A DNA stretch of 64,000 bases. Source: Gaiellaceae bacterium. GTDB taxonomy: Bacteria; Actinomycetota; Thermoleophilia; Gaiellales; Gaiellaceae. The DNA lies in the NCBI GenBank assembly GCA_046262415.1, contig JBHEMU010000146.1, forward strand, positions 42,913-106,912, in the 5' to 3' direction. A model generated the notes under the pieces. It searched no databases. It was given only the letters and a program-made list of their open reading frames with translations, and was not told the DNA's origin. Below are positions 25,534 to 34,245 of this stretch, piece after piece; the first letter of the stretch is position 1; the number at the start of each line of letters is the position of its first letter. The translations under genes and the position numbers were made by a program.

Positions 25534-26646
25534 TTGAGGGTCGCGATCCTGACCGAGATCGCCTCCCCGTACCGGATCCCGCTCTTCAACGCCCTCGCGA
25601 AGCGTCCCGAGATCGACCTCACCGTGCTGCTGCTCAGCCGCAGCGACCCGAGGAGGACCTATCCGTTCTACGCGCAGGAGTTCGCCTTCGACTGGCTCGT
25701 GCTGCCCGGCTGGGAGCTCCACCGCGGCCTGCACTGGGTCGTGCTCACGCGGGGGCTGCGCCGCGAACTGCGGCGGCTGCGGCCTGACGTGATCGTCGCC
25801 GGCGGCTGGAACCAGCCCGCGTACTGGCGGGCGATCCTGTGGACGCGACGGCACCGGACGCCGCTCGTCCTCTGGGTGGAGAGCACGGCGCGCGACGCCC
25901 GCTCGGGCTCGGGGCCGCTCGAGTCCGCCAAGCGCTTCGCGATCCGCTCGGCGAGCGCGTTCCTCGTCCCGGGCCGCGCCGCAGCCGAGTACCTCGAGAG
26001 TCTCGGTGTGGAGCCCGGTCGCATCCAGGTGGCGCCGAACGCGGTCGATCTCCGGCTCCTCGCCCGGCAGGTCGAGGCCGCCCGCGCCCGCCGCGACGAG
26101 CTGCGCGCCGAGCTCGGCCTCTCCGGCTGCGTCTTCCTCTGCGTCAGCCGCCTGTCGCACGAGAAGGGCGTCGACGTGCTCGCGCGGGCCTTCCACGGCG
26201 TGTCCGGGCAGCTCGTGCTCGCCGGCGGCGGGCCCGATCGAGCGCTCGTCGAGGCCGCCGCCCCCGAGGGGACTCGCCTGCTCGGCAACGTTCCGCGGGA
26301 CGAGCTGCCGCGCTGGTACGCGGCCGCCGACGCCTTCGTGATGCCGTCTCGCTCGGAGACGTGGGGGATGGCGATGAACGAGGCCGCCGCGGCGGGCCTG
26401 CCGCTGGTCGCGAGCGAGGCCCCCGGCGCCGGCTACGAGCTGATCGAGCCCGGCGTCAACGGCTTCCGCGTCCCCGTCGGTGACGAGAGCGCCCTGCGCG
26501 AGGCGCTCCGCCGCGTGGCCGACGACGAGCGCTGGCGCGCGCGGGCCGTCCGGCGGACGCTCGAGCTCGCGCGCGGCCACACGCCCGAGGCCTGGGCGGA
26601 CGCGGTGGCTTCGCTGGCACGAAGGCTCGCTGCGTCCAGCCCTTAA
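25534..26646 (+). CDS. family 4 glycosyltransferase
   Basis: Preferred TTG 25534 ([21 protein letters not shown]) with GGAG 7 nt upstream. The longest ORF starts at ATG 25453. ..[30 protein letters not shown].. motif. Confidence 0.8.
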   Translation: MRVAILTEIASPYRIPLFNALAKRPEIDLTVLLLSRSDPRRTYPFYAQEFAFDWLVLPGWELHRGLHWVVLTRGLRRELRRLRPDVIVAGGWNQPAYWRAILWTRRHRTPLVLWVESTARDARSGSGPLESAKRFAIRSASAFLVPGRAAAEYLESLGVEPGRIQVAPNAVDLRLLARQVEAARARRDELRAELGLSGCVFLCVSRLSHEKGVDVLARAFHGVSGQLVLAGGGPDRALVEAAAPEGTRLLGNVPRDELPRWYAAADAFVMPSRSETWGMAMNEAAAAGLPLVASEAPGAGYELIEPGVNGFRVPVGDESALREALRRVADDERWRARAVRRTLELARGHTPEAWADAVASLARRLAASSP

Positions 26647-26681
26647 CAGGATGTTCCCAGGCCTCCGCTAGGCTCGCGGCC

Positions 26682-27734
26682 GTGCCTCGCACCGCACTCG
26701 TGACGGGCTCGAGCGGCCTGGTCGGCTCCGAGACGGTCGCCTACCTGGACGCGCGCGGCTGGCGCGTGCACGGGGTCGACAACAACATGCGCCGCGACTT
26801 CTTCGGCGACCACGGCGACACGGCTCCGAACCTGCGGCGGCTGCAGCGCGCGACCACGCGCTTCGAGCACCACGACCTCGACGTCAGGGACCGGGACGGG
26901 ATCGCCGCCCTGGTCGCCGAGTCCCGCCCCGGGCTGATCGTCCACGCCGCCGCCCAGCCCTCGCACGACCTCGCCGCCTCGCGGCCCTTCGAGGACTTCG
27001 ACGTGAACGCCGTCGGGACGCTGAACCTGCTCGAGGCGGCGCGGACGAGCTGCCCCGAGTCCCCCTTCGTCTTCCTCTCGACGAACAAGGTCTACGGCGA
27101 CGCGCCGAACGAGCTCGAGCTGGTCGAGCTGGAGACGCGGTACGACTACGCCGACGGGCGCGACGGCATCGACGAGACGATGCGGGTCGACGCGACGACG
27201 CACAGCCTCTTCGGCGCGTCGAAGCTCGCCGCCGACGTGCTCGTGCAGGAGTACGGGCGCTACTTCGGCCTGCCGACGGTCTGCCTTCGCGGCGGCTGCC
27301 TCACCGGGGCGCGGCACGCCGGCGCCGAGCTGCACGGATTCCTCGCCTACCTCGCCAGGGCCGTCCGGGAGGGCCTTCGCTACCGGATCTTCGGCTACAA
27401 GGGCAAGCAGGTGCGGGACAACATCCACTCGATCGACGTCTGCAGCGCCATCGCCGCGTTCGCCGACGACCCGCGAGCCGGGGCCGTCTACAACCTCGGC
27501 GGCGGCCGCGCCAACAGCGTCTCGATGCAGGAGGCGATCGGCCGCTTCGAGGAGCTCTACGGGCGCACGCTGGATTCGCAGTACGTGGAGGAGCCGAGGC
27601 GCGGCGACCACGTCTGCTACATCTCGGACCTCGGGCGCTTCCGATCCGACTACCCCGGCTGGGAGCTGACGATGGGGCTGGACGAGATCTTCGCCGAGCT
27701 CGCGCCCCGGGGCGCCGCCGCGATCACCTCGTGA
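26682..27734 (+). CDS. NAD-dependent sugar epimerase/dehydratase (extended SDR, CDP-paratose 2-epimerase-like)
   Basis: [10 protein letters not shown] Rossmann motif, ..LSTNKVYGD.., and catalytic ..FGASKLAAD.. (YxxxK variant region). Subfamily assignment is tentative. Confidence 0.8.
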   Translation: MPRTALVTGSSGLVGSETVAYLDARGWRVHGVDNNMRRDFFGDHGDTAPNLRRLQRATTRFEHHDLDVRDRDGIAALVAESRPGLIVHAAAQPSHDLAASRPFEDFDVNAVGTLNLLEAARTSCPESPFVFLSTNKVYGDAPNELELVELETRYDYADGRDGIDETMRVDATTHSLFGASKLAADVLVQEYGRYFGLPTVCLRGGCLTGARHAGAELHGFLAYLARAVREGLRYRIFGYKGKQVRDNIHSIDVCSAIAAFADDPRAGAVYNLGGGRANSVSMQEAIGRFEELYGRTLDSQYVEEPRRGDHVCYISDLGRFRSDYPGWELTMGLDEIFAELAPRGAAAITS

Positions 27735-28549
27735 CCGAGCCCGCCGTCACCGTCATCCGCCCGGTGCGCGGATGGGTCGGCTTCCGCCTAGGCGAGCTCT
27801 GGAGCTACCGCGAGCTCCTGTTCTTCCTGGCCTGGCGGAACGTCCTCATCCGGTACAAGCAGACCGTCCTCGGCATCGCGTGGGCGGTGCTGCAACCGCT
27901 CTTCCTGATGGTCGTGATGACCGCCTTCTTCGGCTCGTTCGCGAAAGCCGCCGGCGTACCTGGACCGATCTTCTACTTCGCCGGCCTCGTCCCCTGGGCG
28001 TTCTTCGCCAGCTCGGTCGCCCAGTCGTCGAACAGCCTCGTCGGCAACGCGAACCTGATCGGCAAGGTCTACTTCCCGCGCCTGGCGGCGCCGATCTCCG
28101 CCGTCCTCGCCGCGCTCGCGGACTTCGTCTTCGCGTTCGCCGTGCTGGTCGTGATGATGCTCGCGTACGGGATCTACCCCCGGCCGGCGGCCGCACTCGT
28201 GCTGCCGGCGCTGTTGCTCCTCACCGTCGTCACGGCGCTCGGCGCCGGCCTCTGGCTGTCCGCGCTGAACGTGGCCTACCGCGACGTCCAGTACGTCGTC
28301 CCGTTCCTGATCCAGATCGGCCTGTTCGCGAGCCTCTTCGCGACGACGATCCAGTCCGAGCCCTGGCAGACGCTGCTCGGCCTGAACCCCATGGCCGGGG
28401 TTGTGGAGGGCTTCCGGTGGGCGCTCCTCGGCGCCGGCACGGGCTTCTCGAGCATGGCGGGTCTCTCGGTCGCGGTCGCCGCCTTGCTGCTCGTGTCGGG
28501 CGCCGTCTACTTCCGGCACCAGGAACGGACCTTCGCCGATGTCATCTGA
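27731..28549 (+). CDS. wzm: ABC-2 type polysaccharide export permease
   Basis: ..[32 protein letters not shown].. signature of Wzm/TagG/KpsM permeases. 6 TM segments. GTGA overlap with the upstream gene. Confidence 0.9.
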   Translation: MTEPAVTVIRPVRGWVGFRLGELWSYRELLFFLAWRNVLIRYKQTVLGIAWAVLQPLFLMVVMTAFFGSFAKAAGVPGPIFYFAGLVPWAFFASSVAQSSNSLVGNANLIGKVYFPRLAAPISAVLAALADFVFAFAVLVVMMLAYGIYPRPAAALVLPALLLLTVVTALGAGLWLSALNVAYRDVQYVVPFLIQIGLFASLFATTIQSEPWQTLLGLNPMAGVVEGFRWALLGAGTGFSSMAGLSVAVAALLLVSGAVYFRHQERTFADVI

Positions 28550-28705
28550 GACGAGTCCCTTTCGAACTGAAGCACGAGCCGCCTGGCCGCGCTGGGCGGC
28601 GCGATGCGTCGTCCTCGGGCCCCCCCATGGCGCTGCCATGCGGGCGCCCTGCGTCCTAGCCTCGCACTCGCCCAGCACACCCAGTCAGCGCGTGGTCAGT
28701 GCGAA

Positions 28706-30016
28706 ATGAACTCTGAGACGACGGCCATCGTCGCCGAGGGGCTCGGCAAGCAGTACCGGATCGGCTCCCGCCCGACCGCGTACCGGACGCTGCGCGAGTC
28801 GCTCGCGGGCGCGCTGCGGCAGGCCGGGCCGTCCGGCCCGCCCGAGACGTTCTGGGCGCTGAAGGACGTCTCGTTCGAGGTCGGCCGCGGGGAGGCGATC
28901 GGCGTGATCGGGCCGAACGGCGCCGGCAAGACGACGCTACTCAAGGTGCTCTCGCGGATCACGGAGCCGACGGCCGGCGTCGCGCGCGTCCGGGGTCGCG
29001 TCGGCTCCCTGCTCGAGGTCGGCACTGGCTTCCACCCGGAGCTGACCGGCCGGGAGAACATCTACCTGAACGGCTCGATCCTCGGCATGGCCCGGGCGGA
29101 GATCGCGCGCAAGTTCGACGAGATCGTCGCCTTCGCCGGCGTGGAGCAGTTCATCGACACGCCCGTCAAGCGCTACTCGAGCGGCATGTACGTCCGGCTC
29201 GCGTTCGCCGTCGCCGCGCACCTCGACACGGACATCCTCCTCGTCGACGAGGTGCTCTCGGTGGGCGACTTCGCCTTCCAGCGCCGGTCGCTCGGCAAGA
29301 TGCAGCAGCAGACCTCGGCCGAGGGCCGGACGGTGCTGTTCGTGAGCCACAACCTCGGCTCGGTGCGGACGCTCACGGAGCGCTGCATCTGGCTCGAGCA
29401 CGGGCAGATCCGGGAGCTCGGGCCCACGGAGGACGTCTTCCGCAGCTACGTGCGCTCGTACGGCACCGAGGGCGGCAGCGGCTCGATCGACCTCTCCGAC
29501 CTCGCGCGCGGCCGGCCGGCGACGCCGCTGGCACAGGAGATCACCTTCGAGACGCTCGAGCTGCTCGACCGCTCCGGGACCGCCACGGCGACGCACCCCG
29601 AGGGCGAGCCCGTGACCGTCCGCCTCCGGCTCCGCGCGCGCTCGGCGCTCCGGGACGTGCGCCTGCAGGTGTACTGCCGCGTCGCCACCGCGGACGGCGC
29701 CGTCCTCTTCTCGGCGACCGCCGGACCGCAGCCGGTCCAGCTCGAGCCGGGCGTTTACGAGACCGCGTTCACGATCGACCCGAACCCGCTCGGCGCCGGC
29801 GGCTACACGATCTGGCTCTACGCGCTGACGCTCTCCGACCGCACCGCCGACGTCGGCCAGGACCTGCTGCGGTCGGCGGCGACGCTCTCGATCGAGGACA
29901 GCCGCGCCGGCGAGCGGGACCTGGGCTACGCGTGGAAGGAGCGGGGGCTGATCCGCGTCGGCTACGAGTGGGCGCCGCTCTCGCGGGTCGAGGGCGGCGT
30001 CCCGGTTTCCGGTTAG
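28706..30016 (+). CDS. wzt: polysaccharide ABC exporter ATP-binding protein with C-terminal glycan-binding-type extension
   Basis: ATG 28706 (MNSETTAIVAEGLGKQYRIG). Walker A GPNGAGKTT, signature YSSGM, Walker B ILLVDE. About 190 extra C-terminal residues, as in Wzt_C-containing exporters. The longest ORF starts at 28604. Confidence 0.85.
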   Translation: MNSETTAIVAEGLGKQYRIGSRPTAYRTLRESLAGALRQAGPSGPPETFWALKDVSFEVGRGEAIGVIGPNGAGKTTLLKVLSRITEPTAGVARVRGRVGSLLEVGTGFHPELTGRENIYLNGSILGMARAEIARKFDEIVAFAGVEQFIDTPVKRYSSGMYVRLAFAVAAHLDTDILLVDEVLSVGDFAFQRRSLGKMQQQTSAEGRTVLFVSHNLGSVRTLTERCIWLEHGQIRELGPTEDVFRSYVRSYGTEGGSGSIDLSDLARGRPATPLAQEITFETLELLDRSGTATATHPEGEPVTVRLRLRARSALRDVRLQVYCRVATADGAVLFSATAGPQPVQLEPGVYETAFTIDPNPLGAGGYTIWLYALTLSDRTADVGQDLLRSAATLSIEDSRAGERDLGYAWKERGLIRVGYEWAPLSRVEGGVPVSG

Positions 30017-30021
30017 AGTCG

Positions 30022-31206
30022 ATGGCGATGCGGATCCTCGTGCTCGGCGGCGACGGCTACCTGGGCTGGCCGACGGCGATGTTCTTCTCCAGGCTCGGCC
30101 ACGACGTGATGGTCGTGGACAACCTGGCCAAGCGGCAGTGGGAGGCTGAGATCGACGGGTCGCCGCTCGAGCCGCTGCCGACGCTCCGCCATCGGGTGCG
30201 CGTCTGGCGCGAGGTGACGGGGCGCGAGATCCAGGTCGCGATCGGCGACATCGCCGAGAACCACCGGTTCGTCTACGACACGTTCGAGTCGTTCCAGCCG
30301 GAGGCGATCGTGCACTACGCGGAGCAGCCCTCGGCGCCCTACTCGATGGCCGGCCGGGGCCGCGCGCTCCTCACCCAGCGCAACAACGTCCTGGGAACGC
30401 TCAACGTGCTGCACGCGATCAAGGCGCACGTGCCCGACGCGCACCTGGTGAAGCTGGGGACGATGGGCGAGTACGGGACGCCGAACATCGACATCGCCGA
30501 GGGATGGCTCGACGTCGAGGTCGACGGCCGCCGCGACCGGCTGCCGTTCCCGAAGCTCCCCGGCTCGTTCTACCACCTGTCCAAGGTGCACGACTCGCAC
30601 AACATCCATTTCACGTGCCGGGTCTGGGGACTCGCCGCGACCGACCTGAACCAGGGCGTCGTCTACGGGATCACGACGGACGAGACCGAGCTCCACCCGG
30701 AGCTGCGGACCGGCTTCCACTACGACGCCGTGTTCGGCACCGCCCTGAACCGGTTCTGCGCGCAGGCTGTCTCCGGCGTGCCGCTGACCGTGTACGGGGC
30801 GGGGGGGCAGAAGCGCGGCTTCCTCAACATCCGCGACACGCTCGAGTGCGTTCGGCTGGCGGTCGAGAACCCGGCCGACGCGGGCGAGTTCCGTGTCTTC
30901 AACCAGTTCACGGAGGTCTTCAGCGTCCTCGAGCTGGCGGAGATGGTGCGCTCGGCGGCGGCCAAGCACGGCTTCGACGCGCCGATCCAGCACGTCGAGA
31001 ACCCGCGCGTCGAGGCGGAGGAGCACTACTACAACCCGCGCAACGACGCGCTGCTCGCGCTCGGGCTGAAGCCGCGCCTGCTCTCGGAGGAGCTGCTCGA
31101 GACGATGCTGATCACGATCGCCGAGTCGGCGGAGTGCATCGACCGCGCCACGATCATGCCGCAGGTTCGCTGGCGCGAGGAAGCGGTCTCGCGCGCTCCC
31201 GCTTGA
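30022..31206 (+). CDS. sqdB: UDP-sulfoquinovose synthase
   Basis: Near-continuous similarity to plant SQD1/bacterial SqdB as I recall it: GGDGYLGWPTA, EQPSAPYSM, LVKLGTMGEYGTPNIDI, SFYHLSKVHDSHNI, TDLNQGVVYG, YDAVFGTALNRFC, GEFRVFNQFTE, NPRVEAEEHYYN. Confidence 0.9.
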   Translation: MAMRILVLGGDGYLGWPTAMFFSRLGHDVMVVDNLAKRQWEAEIDGSPLEPLPTLRHRVRVWREVTGREIQVAIGDIAENHRFVYDTFESFQPEAIVHYAEQPSAPYSMAGRGRALLTQRNNVLGTLNVLHAIKAHVPDAHLVKLGTMGEYGTPNIDIAEGWLDVEVDGRRDRLPFPKLPGSFYHLSKVHDSHNIHFTCRVWGLAATDLNQGVVYGITTDETELHPELRTGFHYDAVFGTALNRFCAQAVSGVPLTVYGAGGQKRGFLNIRDTLECVRLAVENPADAGEFRVFNQFTEVFSVLELAEMVRSAAAKHGFDAPIQHVENPRVEAEEHYYNPRNDALLALGLKPRLLSEELLETMLITIAESAECIDRATIMPQVRWREEAVSRAPA

Positions 31207-31904
31207 CCAACGACCGGCTGGCGCTCGTTCCGGCCCGCGGCGGCTCCCGCTCGATCCCGCTGAAGAACGTCAAGCCGCTCGGCGGACGCCCGCTGATCGA
31301 GTGGGTTCTGGGGGCGATCGCCGCGAGCGGGTCCGTCGACCGGATCGTCGTCTCCACCGACGACGAGCGAATCGCGGACGTGGCTCGCGCGGCCGGCGCC
31401 GACGTGCCCTTCCTGCGGCCCCCGGAGCTGGCGGGGGACGACACGCCCTCGATCCCGGTGATCGAGCACGCGCTCGAGTGGCTCGAGCAGGCCGAGGACT
31501 ACCGGCCCGAGCACGTGCTCTTCCTGCAGCCGACGGAGCCGTTCGTCCGGCCGGAGCAGATTCGCGCCGCCTTCGACCTGATGATCTCGCGACAGGCGGA
31601 CTCGGCGATCACCGTCGTCCCCGTACCGAGGAACTTCCACCCCTTCCACGTCCGGGTCGAGCGCGACGGGTTGCTCGAGTTCGAGCAGCCGGTGCAGCAC
31701 TACGGCCACCCGACGCGGCAGTCGGACCCGCCGCGCTATGCGTTCGGGAATCTCTACTGGTTCCGGCGCGAGTCCTTCCTGCGCGAGCGCCGCCTCGAGG
31801 CCGGCCGCCGCGTCGGCCTCCCGATCGACCCGGTCTCCGCGCTCGACCTGAACACCGAGGAGGAGTGGCGGCTCGCCGAGCTCCTCGCCGGGGAGCTCGG
31901 CTGA
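31203..31904 (+). CDS. neuA: acylneuraminate (nonulosonate) cytidylyltransferase family protein
   Basis: TTG 31203 overlaps the sqdB stop (TTGA). ..VPARGGSRSIPLKNVKPLGGRPLI.. and ..VVSTDDERIA..FLRPPELAGDDTP.. are typical of CMP-NeuAc synthetase-like enzymes. Confidence 0.8.
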   Translation: MTNDRLALVPARGGSRSIPLKNVKPLGGRPLIEWVLGAIAASGSVDRIVVSTDDERIADVARAAGADVPFLRPPELAGDDTPSIPVIEHALEWLEQAEDYRPEHVLFLQPTEPFVRPEQIRAAFDLMISRQADSAITVVPVPRNFHPFHVRVERDGLLEFEQPVQHYGHPTRQSDPPRYAFGNLYWFRRESFLRERRLEAGRRVGLPIDPVSALDLNTEEEWRLAELLAGELG

Positions 31905-32833
31905 GCCGTCCGGCGATCCTCCTGGCCGAATCCTCGTTCGCGCCCGAGGCTCGCGCGGTCCTCGAGCGGGTCGGCGAAGTGATCGAGTTCGAGCGCTTCG
32001 AGCAGGCGCTGCCCGGGGCGAGCGCGATCGTGGGCGGCCTCGAGGTGGAGCTCGACCTGGAGCTGCTCGCGCGGGCGCCCGCGCTGCGGACGATCGCCTC
32101 GCGGACGTCCCAGCTCCGCCACATCGACCTCGAGGAGGCGAGGAGCCGGGGGATCGAGGTGCTCTTCATCGAGCCGGACGCCCCGCCGCTCCGGGAGACG
32201 ACCTCCACCGCCGAGGAAGCCTTCGCGCTCGTGCTGGCGCTGCTCCGGCACGTTCCGTGGGCGTTCGACTCGGTCAAGGCCGGACGCTGGGAGCGCGGGC
32301 GCTACGGCGGGCGGGAGCTCAGGGGCAAGACGATCGGCCTCGTCGGCTTCGGCCGCCTCGGGCGCATGACCGCCGGCTACGCGCGCGCCTTCGGGATGCG
32401 GGTCCTGGCCAGCGATCCCGGCGTGAGCACGACCGACGAGGCCGAGCTCGTTCCGCTCGACCGGCTTCTCGCCGAGGCCGACGTCGTCTCGATCCACTGC
32501 ACCTTCGACGAGTCGACGCGAGGGCTGATCGGCGAGCGCGAGCTCCGCCTGATGAAGGCGACCGCAGTGCTCGTCAACACGGCGCGGGGCGAGATCACCG
32601 ACGAGCGGGCGCTCCTCGAGGCCCTCGCGGGCGGGCGCCTCGCGGGCGCGGCCGTCGACACGCTCGCGGGCGAGCGCGCGGACGGCTCTCACCTCCACGG
32701 CAATCCCCTGGTGGAGTACGCGCGGACGCACGAGAACCTGCTCATCCTCCCGCACCTCGGCGGCGCCACGGTCGAGGCGACCGCCCGCACGCAGCTCTAC
32801 ATCGCCGAGAAGCTGGCAGCGCATCTGCGATGA
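31865..32833 (+). CDS. D-isomer-specific 2-hydroxyacid dehydrogenase (PGDH-like), NAD-binding
   Basis: ..GKTIGLVGFGRLGR.. Rossmann motif and ..LVNTARGEI..DE..L... HLGG catalytic His region. Start is uncertain: GTG 31865 (40-nt overlap with neuA) or a non-canonical CTG at 31901. Confidence 0.75.
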   Translation: MAARRAPRRGARLSRPAILLAESSFAPEARAVLERVGEVIEFERFEQALPGASAIVGGLEVELDLELLARAPALRTIASRTSQLRHIDLEEARSRGIEVLFIEPDAPPLRETTSTAEEAFALVLALLRHVPWAFDSVKAGRWERGRYGGRELRGKTIGLVGFGRLGRMTAGYARAFGMRVLASDPGVSTTDEAELVPLDRLLAEADVVSIHCTFDESTRGLIGERELRLMKATAVLVNTARGEITDERALLEALAGGRLAGAAVDTLAGERADGSHLHGNPLVEYARTHENLLILPHLGGATVEATARTQLYIAEKLAAHLR

Positions 32834-33867
32834 GCTTCCTGCCCGCCGACCGGGTCTTCGTGATCGCCGAGGCCGGCGTCACCAACTACGGCGACGTGGA
32901 GCTCGCGCACCGGCAGGTCGACGCGGCCGCCGACGCGGCGTGCGACGCCGTCAAGTTCCAGTCCTGGTCGACCGCCGATCTCGTCAGCCGGCCGGTGGCG
33001 AAGCGGCTCGAGGGGGAGCTCGGCCGCGACTGGTACTCGCGGCTGGAGGAACGCGAGCTGACCCGGGACGATCTGCGCGAGGTGCGGGACCACGCCCACG
33101 ACCGGGGGCTCGTCTTCCTCGCCACGGCCCACGACAGCGCGTCGGTCGGCTTCCTCGTCGAGGGGCTCGATGTCCCGTGGCTGAAGATCGGCTCCGGCGA
33201 GGCCTCGAACCTCCGTTTCCTGCGCGAGGTCGGCTCGGCCGGCCGCCCCGTACTGATCGCGTTCGGACTCTCGAGCGACGAGGAGGCTGTGCGCGCCGTC
33301 GAGACGCTGCGCCAGTCGGGCGCGCCCGAGGTGATCGCGCTCCACACCGTCAGCATCTACCCCACCCCGGCCCCCCTCGCTCGGCTCGACCGGATCGGGC
33401 GCCTGCGCGAGCTGCTCGGCGTTCCGATCGGGATCTCGGATCACACGGTCGGCTGGCACGTTCCCCTCGCGGCGGTCGCGCTGGGCGCGTGCGCGATCGA
33501 GAAGCACCTCACCTTCGACAAGGCCGACCCGCGCTCGCTCGACAACCCCGGCGCGCTCGAGCCCGCGGAGCTGGCCGAGCTCGTGCGCCAGGTGCGGGAG
33601 GTCGAGGCGGCCCTCTTGCCGGTCGCGGACCAGGACTACGAGGCGGCCGTGGCGGATTCCCGCGACTGGGCGCTGCAGGCGGTCGTGGCCGCGCGGTCGC
33701 TGGAGGCGGGCACGACGCTCGCGGAGGCGGATCTCGCGTTCAAGCGGCCGGCGCGCGGAGGCATTCCCGCCTGCGAGGCCGACTCGCTGCTCGGCCGGAC
33801 GCTCCGGCGCCCGGTCGAGGCGGACGAGCAGATCCGGCCCGACGACCTGCTGTCCACGCGGGAATGA
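32830..33867 (+). CDS. neuB: N-acetylneuraminate synthase family (NeuB/SpsE-like) with C-terminal SAF domain
   Basis: ATGA overlap with the upstream gene. ..VIAEAGVTNYGD.., ..KFQSW.., ..WLKIGSGE.., ..GISDHTVG.., ..IEKHLTFDK... Confidence 0.85.
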   Translation: MSFLPADRVFVIAEAGVTNYGDVELAHRQVDAAADAACDAVKFQSWSTADLVSRPVAKRLEGELGRDWYSRLEERELTRDDLREVRDHAHDRGLVFLATAHDSASVGFLVEGLDVPWLKIGSGEASNLRFLREVGSAGRPVLIAFGLSSDEEAVRAVETLRQSGAPEVIALHTVSIYPTPAPLARLDRIGRLRELLGVPIGISDHTVGWHVPLAAVALGACAIEKHLTFDKADPRSLDNPGALEPAELAELVRQVREVEAALLPVADQDYEAAVADSRDWALQAVVAARSLEAGTTLAEADLAFKRPARGGIPACEADSLLGRTLRRPVEADEQIRPDDLLSTRE

Positions 33868-33890
33868 GACGCCTCCTCGGCATCGGGCTC

Positions 33891-34199
33891 CTACCGCTCG
33901 TCCGCCCACACCTCGTAGCGCTCGACGCTCGTGCGCCTCCCGGCCCACTGGCCGAACAGATCGGCGAGCTGCCTGGGCATCTCCTCCTCGAACGTCGGCT
34001 CGGCTGCCCGAAGGGCGTCCTCCGTCTCGAAGAACGCGACCGTGAGCGCCGACCGGCCCGACCGGTCGACGAGCTCGAGGTAGCCCTTGAACCCGTCGAG
34101 CCCGCGCATGATCGGCTCCACCCGTGAGCGCACCTCGTCGAGCGTCCGTTCGGCCTCCGCCACGTCGATGCCCTCGAACCTGGCGATGCGAGCGACCAT
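33891..34199 (-). CDS. small cytoplasmic hypothetical protein (ABM/Dabb-like alpha+beta fold suspected)
   Basis: 102 aa, with strong SD AAGGAGGAAAC before ATG 34199. Last gene of the RND operon. Fold call is weak. Confidence 0.6.
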   Translation of the reverse strand: MVARIARFEGIDVAEAERTLDEVRSRVEPIMRGLDGFKGYLELVDRSGRSALTVAFFETEDALRAAEPTFEEEMPRQLADLFGQWAGRRTSVERYEVWADER

Positions 34200-34245
34200 C
34201 GTTTCCTCCTTCGGTGTGTGTGCGAGACGGGAGGAACCTATCGCG

